DNA of 64,000 nucleotides from Botryllus schlosseri (lineage: Eukaryota). The translations under genes were made by a program, and so were the position numbers. Position 1 is the first letter of the stretch. The number at the start of each line of letters is the position of its first letter. Below, piece after piece: positions 1-10,547 of this stretch. The stretch spans positions 11,160,001 to 11,224,000 of the forward strand of contig CM119381.1 in assembly GCA_051294905.1 (NCBI GenBank), read 5' to 3'. The notes under the pieces were generated by a model. It was not told the origin of the DNA, ran no database searches, and worked only from the letters and a program-made list of their open reading frames with translations.

Positions 1-839
1 ACATATGCAAGATACCTTGATTTTTATCGAGATCGATTGCTTGGTGACTCTAAATTGACTCGGAATTGACTTGGATAGAGAATTCATGCAATTAAAAAGC
101 TTGGCACATAGGCTGGCACACTGGGAACCATCACCCCTCACGAAATTGACTGACCAAACACACCAAGATTCCAACCCGAGTTTCTGGTAATTATGTTTTG
201 CAAAAGAAAAGTGAAAGCTTCAATATAGCATGTTGCATGCAAGTACTCCATTTATCTCGTAATTGACCATGTTGTATCCGTGCAATACACAGCAACACTG
301 CATTCTGCAGCTAGAAAATTACTTCAGGGCTTGCTATACTCTCGATGGCAACATTAATCATGGTGATTATTTTCATGACTGCAGTGCAACCAAAAGAACT
401 GTCTGCAAATCAACACAACAAACCAATGATGCAGTGATGCGATGATCACAAAATCCCCCTGAAAGCCAATCAGGGCCATTTTATTACAGTTTTCAACTAA
501 ACAGGATCATTGATTCGTGATAGTCACCTCACTTCATCGATCCCCGTCCACTCGCCGATGGCTAGCTAATTGCAAATGCTTTGCACGAAATGTTTACGAT
601 ATATTCTGTAAGATTCTTGCCGGATCATTGGGGATTTGATTAGTAATCTACATAACGAGCCTTTACAAGGCAGCATTTTGCAAATTTTGTACAACCCTAC
701 TGCGTTGTCAGCTGTTGTCTATTTTGGTAGCATCTTGGTAGTTTCTCAACGATAATGTTCACGTGTTTTTGCGTCGGTACTGCAATTCATATACGTGGTT
801 TGTGTTGGTTGCATGTCTGTTTTTCTAATTTGGTAATCT

Positions 840-890
840 CGAAAAATCCCGGGATTAAGGACTGGTATTCGATCCCGATTCCCAATCCTA
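840..890. mobile_element. Probable right terminus of a TAGGG-type (hAT-like) MITE; partner end not seen
   Basis: gaaaaatcccgggatt...gatcccgattcccaatccta resembles a TIR with subterminal repeats. No left TIR or TSD was found. Confidence 0.3.
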
Positions 891-1067
891 GTATAAAGGT
901 TTATTTCTATGTAAGCGACACGTTTATTGACTGAAATGATGCAGTTGTCATGGTGGTTCTATCATCATACTATTCTTTCGTCACAATGGTCACGCTCGAC
1001 TCGCTTCACCGGACGGCAGAAGAAGCACGACCACGGGACCACGTGTCAGGTTTCACTCTCTCTTACA

Positions 1068-2188
1068 CAGTAGTGCCACTCCTAGTGTTTTAACACTAGA
1101 TCTAGTGTTTTTTTCTGCCGTCCTAGTATTCTAGTGTTTTTTTTCGCACAATTTTGCTAATCTAGTGTTTTTTTGCAATTGTGCAAACAAGGATTATTCT
1201 ACCATTAGACCAGTAAATTTCACGCTAAATTTATCGCTAATAAGGCGATTTGGTGTCTCTGGCTGTATTTGTTTTCAACAATTCTATGTGATGGTGCAGT
1301 AAGAAGCAATTATTACGTAACATTGTGCGCTGTGAATCCGTATTTATGAGCGAATGTCTTGGAAAATATGAAGAGCGATTTCGCTATAATGCTGTCGTTT
1401 CTTGTTGAAATCACTCTGCATATTCGGGAAAGATGTTCATTTGCCGAGGACAGCATACTTTCGTACTTGAGTGTATTGAATCCGTTAACAGCCTTGTCAA
1501 CACAAAGAAAAACAAAATCAATCGTTCCTCTGAGATATTATTTGATGAGCTTAATGATTTGTCGGAAGAATGGGTTGTTTTGGCAAATTCGCAAAATGAG
1601 CTGCAGGTTATCAGTCAATGCCATCCTACATAATTTTGGCAAAAATTGAAATGTGTGCACAATGGATTAGGTGAATCAAAATTTCCTTTACTGGGGCTCA
1701 TGACAAATCTCTTGGCATTGCGTCATTCCGCTGCATGCATGGAAATGAAGTATGCTGCACACGGACACCTCCCCATTGTTTGGTTGAAGATGTACGGTAG
1801 TGAGCAAGATGTCACACAAAAGATACTTATGTTTGATCGATGGTGTACAATCGAAAGATAATTTTTATGATGCCGTACAATTCGAAAGCGATAATATTTG
1901 ATTTTTCTTACTCTGTTGAATTCGTTTCATTACTTTTCGTTGAATAATCATGCGGTATATCAATTCGTTTCATTACTTTTCGTTGAATAATCATGCAGTA
2001 TATCATACATATGTATTGAATTCTTGTGTGGAACACTTCTTATCTATGGATTTATACCTAGGTCATCATGATTACTTGGCAACGGCAAATTTTTCCTGCA
2101 ATTTACTAATCTAGTGTTTTTTCACCAATCTAGTGATTTTTCACGACACAATCTTGTGTTTTTCCAAAAACCTAGAGTGGCAACACTG
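1068..2188 (+). mobile_element. Non-autonomous hAT DNA transposon (internal deletion derivative)
   Basis: Imperfect TIRs cagtagtgccactcctag / ctagagtggcaacactg. Perfect 8-bp TSD ctcttaca at 1060-1067 and 2189-2196. Subterminal ctagtgtttt repeats at both ends. A 43-bp tandem duplication lies at about 1919-2004. Confidence 0.9.
1433..1760 (+). pseudogene. Frameshifted remnant of the hAT transposase C-terminal dimerisation domain
   Basis: Reads ...FWQKLKCVHNGLGESKFPLLGLMTNLLALRHSAACME, similar to the hAT FW...FP.L...L.LP.S.A..ER motif. It is split across frames. Confidence 0.65.
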
Positions 2189-2779
2189 CTCTTACAACAC
2201 CCGTGCACTTTGTGCAGTTAGCAGAGTCGTGAGTTGCTCCTTGTTTGGTAGGACAATGGCGTAATTTCTTTCATTCTACAGTATTTGCAAGTATTTTTTA
2301 ACGTCTTGTCATAAGTTGGGGTAGTTGATCCGTGGTCACTGTTCGTCAATAATACAAAGTACCGGAAAGACACTGTCAGGATTGGCAAGCTAGTTGAGAA
2401 TATTAGAAGTCAGTCATACATATACTATCAGCCAGATACTCTCGTCCAGCTCGGTCAAAGAGCTGAAACTCGTCCCTCAGGACAGCAGTGCCGAACTCAT
2501 ATGTGTACAATGTTCATGAGAAATAATGCTTAAGCGTGTAGGAGAATTTTTTTACACAAAAATATAAATATGAAGATTTTGTCAAAATAACTAAAAAAGT
2601 AGGGCCTGCTTACAAATCAGCCCGCTCAGCCAGCGTTGGTACTCAGATAGAAGCAGATTTCTAATCAATTACAAGTAACATTTTTTAATGCAAGTCCAAA
2701 CTACTTCAAGTGGAAGTTGAAAAGATCTGAAAGATACTCAAGTTAGTACTTCAGTAACTTTGGTCGGCCGGTCACATAC

Positions 2780-3279
2780 TGTAGCCGCCGTACGGCCCTA
2801 AGGTGTCGCTGTGGCTCCTTCACACTCCCGCCGAGCAAGGAAGTGGACTCAGTGTCATTGTTACCTCACAGCGGTAACTAGGTCTGACGTATCGTGATGC
2901 AATTCACTGTTTAGTGCACGTGCGTTAGTGGTAGGATCGTTTTGGCATTAGTTGAGTTAATAGAATAGGAATAGTTAGGTTTATTGCATTGCTAGAATAG
3001 GGCTAGGTTAATTCATTCATCGTCTCACTGTTTTGATGTCTTGTTACAGTCAAAGTAAATCTATAAATAAAATAAACTAAAAAACCCGGAAGACACATTG
3101 TCAAGTAAGATGCTTTGTATTTGATTAGCTTAGTACGTACTTGCCAATGCTGATTGTATTTCATTTTTAATAGAAAACACGCACCAACAAAGCGAGTCTT
3201 TTTCTCTGTGCCGAAAGGGATCATTAGCAGCCAGATATTTCAATCCACCCTGTGGCGCGATCTGCGGGTTGCGGCTACA
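2780..3279 (+). repeat. 5' LTR (500 bp)
   Basis: TG...CA ends. No difference from the 3' LTR was seen by eye, and the ORF track gives identical 73-aa translations at an offset of 4191. Confidence 0.95.
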
Positions 3280-3412
3280 TTAGTTTTTTGACAATCTTCA
3301 AATCTGTTCGTTGGAACACCTTCATCAACAAAGAAAACCAAAATGGCTGAAGAAGCTAATTCAAACTTGCTGCTAGTGGAGACTGAAGAGCAAAATACGG
3401 TACCGGTACGGA

Positions 3413-6400
3413 ATGATAAATCAAACAATGCCCAGGCGGGCACAAGCAGTGGTTCCTGTGGCCTCGAACAAATCCAAAGAATGTCGAACGCTGACAAACA
3501 AAAAGTCAAAGTCAGCTGTGTCGACGATCCACAAATCAAAGTTACTGAGGTCACATTCTATGACTCTGAGGAGCCTGCCGACCAAAGGTAGGCCGTCCTT
3601 GTCATCGAGCCACTGCTCAAACAAGCCAAAAACCCTACCGGTATTTGCCAAATCACTGAAATCACGATCGTCAGTCTCGAGCACTGCAACAGGATCAAGC
3701 TATATGAGTAACTCTCAAATTCTCAGTTTACAACACTCAAGGGATGTTCACCGTGATAAAAAGGCTGAAATGGACAAAAAGCACGTCGAGCATCGTTTTC
3801 AACAAGAAAATGACGCCTTCGAAGATCAGGTAAGATCTGAAGAAGAACAGATCTTACAGGAATTGCAACTTCAAGAGGAAGAGGAAAAGAGGCGTCAAAT
3901 GGAGTTACGACAAAAACTCGAAATGCATAAAAAGAAAGCTCTCGAAGGCAGAAAGTCCTTGAATCAAAGACTGAAGAACAACCTACAAGAAATTGACGAT
4001 AGAACTGAGCGAGAAAATCTGCAATCAAAAGCTCAATTCGAGGAAATTATGATTGAACGGGGACTATATAACGATTCCAAAAGCATACAAAATGTGCATC
4101 AACCAACATCAAGCTCGAACTCCGTCACAGTATCCGAGAACGCCAACGCTCCACCGGCAGCAGTGGTGAAATCCGAGCCGCAACAACTTCGAGAATTGTC
4201 GGTGACTCCAAATCTCTCAGAAACAGGTACGTCGGCTATTTTCTCACCTCTTGGAAGTTCATATTGTTCCTTACCAATTCGCAGTGTGGGTGCTATGAAT
4301 GCAAGTAGTGTGAGTGCAACGAACGCCAGCAGTACGAGTATAAGTAGCCCTAGTACTGTGATATCTGGCACTAGCGCCTATCTTCAACCTTCTAACTTGG
4401 TTTGGTCTAATAGTCCCATCATGTCAAATCTAACAAACATGGTAGCTACAAGTTTTCCGCTCACTGCTTTGAATCATAAGCCTATTTTCGATGCGAGAAG
4501 GCCACCTGACCCAGAAGTAGTGCCTAGTTCGATTTTGAATTCGATAAAAAATGACTCTCGTTCGCCCGCCAACGTTGTGTATTCTGTAGCTCCGCCAGTA
4601 ATTCAACAAAACCTTTTGCCACCTTTCGAACCCCCAATATTTTCTGGTAACCCCAGTGATTTCAATAGTTTCATGGATATTTTCGAAACGACGATTGGAA
4701 ACAAAATTACTGAACCAAAACAAAAACTGGTCTACTTGATGCGTTACACCAAAGGACCAGCAAATACTCTCGTCAAGAGCTGCTTACACCTTGATGCAAA
4801 CGACTGCTACCGAGAAGCACTGAACCTGCTTCAAGAGATGTATGGCCAAAAGTTCAGAATCGGACCTTCTTGTTTAAACTTAATATCCTCTGGTCCTCAA
4901 GTAAAGTTGCATGATCAGGATGGCTTGGCGATTCTTTCCGCCGATCTTATATCCTGTGTAAATACTCTCAAAGGTATCAACTACCAATCCGTCTCGCTGG
5001 AGACAATTGATAAAATCGCACTCAGAATGCCCGCACAATGGAGGTCAGGCTGGCTTAGCGTCATGGACCATATCCTCCATGAACTGCAGTGCGACGTGAA
5101 AATGAGCGATCTGTCTGCTTACCTGCGTAAAAAGGTACGTGAAGCGTCGAACGTTCCGTCCCAAGAACAAAGTACAAAGAATAATCCAGTGGTTGTAAGG
5201 CAAACAAAATCAAACTTTGCAACTTCTGTTTGTGCCGGTAATAAAGGCACCAAGGATGACTCTGGGTCATCGTGCATAAAATGCAAGAAGAAACACTTTC
5301 TCAATCAGTGTCAGCAGTTCCGTGATATGGACGTTGCTGACAGAAGAGATTTCGTGAAAAATAATAAGCTATGCTTCTCATGCTTGCAACCCGGACACTG
5401 GTCTGACAAATGTACCAGAGAAAAACCATGCAAGTATCAACATTGTAATGGAAAACATACTACACTCCTGCATGTGAATCCAGTGTCCACAAACGATGAG
5501 AACAAACCCGTCGTCCAAAATTCTGCGGCTTCAACTGTCGCCCAAGAAAACGCTCCAAAGGCTCAAGGACCTGTGAAATTCAATGCATTCGCCAAATTAC
5601 CTGAAGAAAATGTGTTACTCAACGTGGCACCTGTCCGCGTCAGAATTCGAGGAACAAACTGCTATATTGCTACACACGCTTTCTTTGACAACGGAAGTCA
5701 TCTTTCCTTCATTAGTGAAAATCTTGCAAATGAACTTTGCCTCCAAGGCGGTCAAACAGAATTTGATCTTCGCACCCTGGCAGGATTATCCGGTTACAAA
5801 GGTAACATATTCGATAATCTTGAGTTATCCGACTTCTATGGCACAGAATATGCTCTGCTCGCACCATTAGTATCAACTGACAGTATTGGTGTCGAGGACG
5901 TTGACATTCCAAGACAAGAAGACGTCAACCAATTTCCGGAATTCCAAGACGTGTGTATTCCAAAACTAGCATCCGAAGTTGGATTATTAATTGGAAAAGA
6001 AAACAGAAGGCTTCACAAGCCCTTGGAGGTTATTCATGGTCCAAATGACTATTATGCAACCAGAACGTTTGCAGGCTGGATGATAAACTGCCCGGCCAAA
6101 TTGGCAGGCGGAACAGAAAAGGTATTTTTCTCAAAGCCTGCAACAAATTCGCCGAAATCCCTATATCAGCTGTGTCGGTATTTTGTCGACTCGAAGAAGA
6201 ACGAGAAACAAGAACTGTCACAAAATGATAAACTGTCTCTTGAATCTGCAGAAAAATCAATGGAACTGTATAATGACATCTCACTTAATGATGGTCTGTT
6301 ACAGGGGCCAGATTTGACAAACGACCTGGTTGAAGTCTCATCCAGTGTCCACAAACATATCGTCGGCATCCAAGGAGATGTTCGAGCTGTGATTCACCAA

Positions 6401-6721
6401 GCGAAGGCTTGTAAAGATGACAAGGATCTGTTTCGCCTCCTATGGAAGAAAGATTTCCCTTACTCTGAAGTGAACTCAAACTCTATGGTCAACAATAACA
6501 AATACTTTCCAAAAGAACCGATATTTCCAATTGGCCTCTCCTTTCTCCGGAGGATCTGTATAACTGTAACGTGGTATCTTGCAACTTTCTGCAAAGTCTT
6601 CAAGACATTCGTTTTCAACCTTGTCAACCAAATCAAAGTTGGGTCCAACCTGTATCGATGGTGGAATGTACCGTCCAAGTTGAATCCCTGCAGACATCGC
6701 CTTGAGAGGCCTTTCTGCTGA
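3413..6721 (+). CDS. BEL/Pao Gag-protease polyprotein ending in degenerate RT/RNase H remnants (1102 aa; true start uncertain)
   Basis: Coiled coil. DUF1759-like PIFSGNPSDFNSF...KLVYL. Three Cys/His knuckles (CIKCKKKHFLNQC, CFSCLQPGHWSDKC, CKYQHCNGKHTTLLH). Aspartic protease FFDNGS. RT fragment SLNDGLLQGPDLTN. No YVDD and no integrase core. Confidence 0.9.
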   Translation: MINQTMPRRAQAVVPVASNKSKECRTLTNKKSKSAVSTIHKSKLLRSHSMTLRSLPTKGRPSLSSSHCSNKPKTLPVFAKSLKSRSSVSSTATGSSYMSNSQILSLQHSRDVHRDKKAEMDKKHVEHRFQQENDAFEDQVRSEEEQILQELQLQEEEEKRRQMELRQKLEMHKKKALEGRKSLNQRLKNNLQEIDDRTERENLQSKAQFEEIMIERGLYNDSKSIQNVHQPTSSSNSVTVSENANAPPAAVVKSEPQQLRELSVTPNLSETGTSAIFSPLGSSYCSLPIRSVGAMNASSVSATNASSTSISSPSTVISGTSAYLQPSNLVWSNSPIMSNLTNMVATSFPLTALNHKPIFDARRPPDPEVVPSSILNSIKNDSRSPANVVYSVAPPVIQQNLLPPFEPPIFSGNPSDFNSFMDIFETTIGNKITEPKQKLVYLMRYTKGPANTLVKSCLHLDANDCYREALNLLQEMYGQKFRIGPSCLNLISSGPQVKLHDQDGLAILSADLISCVNTLKGINYQSVSLETIDKIALRMPAQWRSGWLSVMDHILHELQCDVKMSDLSAYLRKKVREASNVPSQEQSTKNNPVVVRQTKSNFATSVCAGNKGTKDDSGSSCIKCKKKHFLNQCQQFRDMDVADRRDFVKNNKLCFSCLQPGHWSDKCTREKPCKYQHCNGKHTTLLHVNPVSTNDENKPVVQNSAASTVAQENAPKAQGPVKFNAFAKLPEENVLLNVAPVRVRIRGTNCYIATHAFFDNGSHLSFISENLANELCLQGGQTEFDLRTLAGLSGYKGNIFDNLELSDFYGTEYALLAPLVSTDSIGVEDVDIPRQEDVNQFPEFQDVCIPKLASEVGLLIGKENRRLHKPLEVIHGPNDYYATRTFAGWMINCPAKLAGGTEKVFFSKPATNSPKSLYQLCRYFVDSKKNEKQELSQNDKLSLESAEKSMELYNDISLNDGLLQGPDLTNDLVEVSSSVHKHIVGIQGDVRAVIHQAKACKDDKDLFRLLWKKDFPYSEVNSNSMVNNNKYFPKEPIFPIGLSFLRRICITVTWYLATFCKVFKTFVFNLVNQIKVGSNLYRWWNVPSKLNPCRHRLERPFC

Positions 6722-6970
6722 TACACTTCTAAATTTGTCTTTTTGTCAAACAATCCACAGTTGCTCCTAGACCAGCCACTGTGGACTAAATTTTCAAAGT
6801 ACACCTGTTGTATTTTTAAGCTTGCCCTCTTAAATAAGAGAGAATAACTTAGTTTTCATTTCGTTAAATAATTACCATTTCGTTTGGTAGCACCTGCTGA
6901 CTGCGTGAGTGTGTGTACGTGTGGAAATCTCCAAATTCGGAACAAATTTTGAATTTCCAAGGGGCCAGGA

Positions 6971-7470
6971 TGTAGCCGCCGTACGGCCCTAAGGTGTCGC
7001 TGTGGCTCCTTCACACTCCCGCCGAGCAAGGAAGTGGACTCAGTGTCATTGTTACCTCACAGCGGTAACTAGGTCTGACGTATCGTGATGCAATTCACTG
7101 TTTAGTGCACGTGCGTTAGTGGTAGGATCGTTTTGGCATTAGTTGAGTTAATAGAATAGGAATAGTTAGGTTTATTGCATTGCTAGAATAGGGCTAGGTT
7201 AATTCATTCATCGTCTCACTGTTTTGATGTCTTGTTACAGTCAAAGTAAATCTATAAATAAAATAAACTAAAAAACCCGGAAGACACATTGTCAAGTAAG
7301 ATGCTTTGTATTTGATTAGCTTAGTACGTACTTGCCAATGCTGATTGTATTTCATTTTTAATAGAAAACACGCACCAACAAAGCGAGTCTTTTTCTCTGT
7401 GCCGAAAGGGATCATTAGCAGCCAGATATTTCAATCCACCCTGTGGCGCGATCTGCGGGTTGCGGCTACA
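6971..7470 (+). repeat. 3' LTR (500 bp)
   Basis: Direct copy of 2780-3279, preceded by the PPT and followed by the TSD. Confidence 0.95.
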
Positions 7471-9159
7471 CATACTTCTAACAGTTTAGCAGAGGTCGTT
7501 ATTTTCGGAACAGTAGGGTACATCTTGGTGACTAACGCAAGATGATGAATGACAATAATACGAATATAGGTGCAATATTATAAATACTAATCAGTTTCTG
7601 TGATATAGAAGTGATACAAACATATTCCAAAACTACTTTATACTTTACAAAATCTACTTTACAATAAATCGTTAAAGCGTTTTGGTGATAGTCTTTCTAA
7701 TCGGAGTTATATTTCACGGTGCAGTGTGCTATTTTTTATGCCAGGTAACTGACATTAATTACTGCACATATTCGTTTTTCGATTAAGGCGTTGCGAACGT
7801 GTTAACCCGAAAATGCAGCAATGCACCCTAAAACCCTCCTCGCCATCTCGTCCGTGTAACCACACACCATGGATAACGGTGTCGACAAACACCATGAATA
7901 CCGCAAACAAAAACAACCCTAAAACCCTTTTATATACCCAGAAACAGTTGTCGCAACTCGCAACTAAGCGTCTCAATGCGACGTCAGAACCCTGGCGCAA
8001 GAGATAATCACTGTGATTATATTGCGCGCTTTCTCGGACGGTAGCCTACTTGAAATCATCAGTTTCGTAAAAAATTATTGTCTGGAAGATAATGTGCCTC
8101 CACTGAATGTCGAAAATAATGCCTCATAACCAGGGCTTTGGAGCCGAAGCCCCGCAGCCGTGCATTTTTGCTGGAGCCGAAAATTCAGCCGAAGCTGGAG
8201 CTAGTTATTTGAGGGGTAGCTCCGGCTCCGACGTATTTCATAAGATGCTATTATATATGCAACCTGCTAAGTTCACATAATTCAACAGCAGGCCTTCGCG
8301 AAATTAAGAATCTTTTCCTCTTTGGCGCTACCTTTTCCGGCTAACCATTGTTTCTGGGGATTCAACAGCAGAGCAGTCATATGTTCAACGTTCAATCTTC
8401 ATATGAGCGCCGAACCTCGGTATGCTAGATATGCCTGTGAATATTGTGGGTGTTCAGCATACCCGCAATTTCATCATCAACACAACCTTGATGGCCAATT
8501 GTGCGGTTCGAAAATAATGATCACTATGTATTACGCGAAATGGGAGAGAAAATAAAAACGTGATTTCGTTGCACATGGCGATACGACGAGAACGAGCCGG
8601 GAAATTCCATCTCATCGTCGCTATGAATCAATTGAGCAAATACTCGTTCTTTCGTGATAGTTCTTCAATCGGGCCGCGGAATTGGACAGGTGTTATTAAG
8701 TATGCAATTATGCATGCGAATTGGAATTCATTACTACGCATGATCGTCATTCACTCCAGTAAGGATTCTCGAGCGTGGATAGGGGATGGCAGATGAGTAG
8801 CCCAAAACGCCGTCACACTCAGCGAACAATTGTCGCGGTGCGAGCTACTCAATGCGGTGTCAGAACCCGTGGTATTTTATGTTGGAGGCAAATTACTGAT
8901 TTGATACGCGATTTCCAATTTGTAATCATCTGTTTCGTAAATTCATTCATGATGTCTGCGTGATACTGTAGTATTTCGGGATTAACGCGCACTGTGACTT
9001 GTAAATGTGCATAGTTTAATTCGTTACGGGCACGGCACAGTGATTAATTAAGTTGCAATAATAATGAAACATCATATTCTTCGTGCAATTCGTTATGGGC
9101 ATGGCGCAATGTGCATGGCACAATGTTTAATTCGATTCGTTTCAACGGGAGAATATTAT

Positions 9160-9423
9160 GTTCCGAGATAGTGTACTGGTTATGCGTCCGGCTTCTCGAG
9201 CGGTAGGTCGTGGGTTCGATCCCCGGCCGGGTCATACCAAAGACTCGAAAATTGGTATCCGCAGCTATCCTGCTAGGCGCTCAGCAATCACGGATAGCAT
9301 GGAGGAGAAAAAAACGGGTGCGCAGGCTAGACGACCTCACGGCCGTATCGCAAGTCCGTCGTCAAAGCATCTCGATGGTGCAGGCGAAAAAGAATATCAT
9401 CTCTCTCTCTCCCGGATGGACTG
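9160..9423 (+). mobile_element. tRNA-derived SINE with a Meta-domain-like core
   Basis: A-box-like tagtgtactgg, B box ggttcgatccc (9213-9223), then ggtcataccaaagac...ggtatcc...cctgctaggcgctcagca and a (ct)n run. A related copy lies at 24838-24995. Confidence 0.75.
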
Positions 9424-9431
9424 GTAACGAC

Positions 9432-9960
9432 TAGGGCTGGGCAAAATCGAGTACCCGAGTGATTCGATTCTGAATCACGTAAAATGCTTCGAGTCGAGTC
9501 GAGTAATCGAGTATCACTCATTATGACGTCATAGCAGAATATTATTTGTCGAAGTTCAAATCTGTACCTTTTAAGCGACCACAAAGAATATAATGCCTGT
9601 TATCCATCATAATAAGTATACTTTGTTATTTTTTTCGACCATACCGATTTCATTGCACTTGGTGACAATATTGTGGGATGATCATGACTTCGGCAATGTG
9701 CTATTTCCAGTAACGTTCGTAGCTTCGTACTTCATGTTTCATATGCTACGATACGGCCAATCAAGGTTTCAAGGCTTCAACAGTGAAATTAACAGAAACT
9801 CGTTGATCGTTGATTAACTCCTCGTTGATAAATCAACTTTCAGTGGTGAGGAGCGTATAATTTCGGTACTCGAAAAAATCGTATTTTACTACTCGACTCG
9901 AATCAATAAAATTAATACTCGATTCAGATTCGAGTACTCGAATCATTGTGCCCAGCCCTA
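9432..9960. mobile_element. hAT MITE (TAGGGCTGGG TIR), copy 1
   Basis: TIRs tagggctgggc / gcccagcccta, flanked by gtaacgac (9424-9431) and gtaacgag (9961-9968). Confidence 0.9.
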
Positions 9961-9968
9961 GTAACGAG

Positions 9969-10484
9969 TAGGGCTGGGACAATGATTCGAGTACTCGAAT
10001 CTGAATCGAGTATTAATTTTTGTGATTCGAGTCGAGTAGTAAAAGACGAATTTTTCGAGTACTGAAATTATACGCTCCTCGCCACTTAAAGTTAGTTTAT
10101 CAAAGAGAGTTATAGTTTCGATACTAATTTTCACTGTTGAAGCTTTGAAACCCTGATTGGCCGTATCGTAGCATACGAAACATATAGTACAAAGCTACGA
10201 ACGTTACTAGAAATAGCACATTTCCGAAGTCATGATCATCCCACAACATTGTCACGTAGTGCAATGAAATCGGTTTGGTCGAAAAAATAACAAAGTATGT
10301 TTAATGTGTTGGATAACAGGCATTATATTCTTTGTGGTGGCATAAAAGGTACATATTTGAACGTTGACATATTACATTCTGTTGTGACGTCATAATGAGT
10401 GATACTCGATTACTGGACTTGGCTCGAAGCATAATACGTGATTCAGAACCGAATCACTCAGGTACTCGATTTTGCCCAGCCCTA
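9969..10484. mobile_element. hAT MITE (TAGGGCTGGG TIR), copy 2, inverted relative to copy 1
   Basis: Diverged reverse-complement homolog of 9432-9960 over its whole length. TSD gtaacgag at 9961-9968 and 10485-10492. Confidence 0.9.
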
Positions 10485-10547
10485 GTAACGAGTGCACCAA
10501 TATCGAACGTCAAACCATTGGCCATTTGGTACAAATCGAATTTCTAT

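Larger units (their letters stand above)
2780..7470 (+). mobile_element. BEL/Pao LTR retrotransposon, non-autonomous, recent insertion
   Basis: 500-bp LTRs at 2780-3279 and 6971-7470, with termini tgtagccgc...gcggctaca. 5-bp TSD catac at 2775-2779 and 7471-7475. PPT aaggggccagga at 6959-6970. Confidence 0.95.

Noticed and set aside
3003-3224. 73-aa minus-strand ORF repeated at 7194-7415
   Set aside because: It lies within the LTRs. The identity reflects LTR duplication and there are no protein motifs.
9160-9235. Possible tRNA gene
   Set aside because: No clean cloverleaf or acceptor stem; it continues into a SINE body and has a diverged copy elsewhere.
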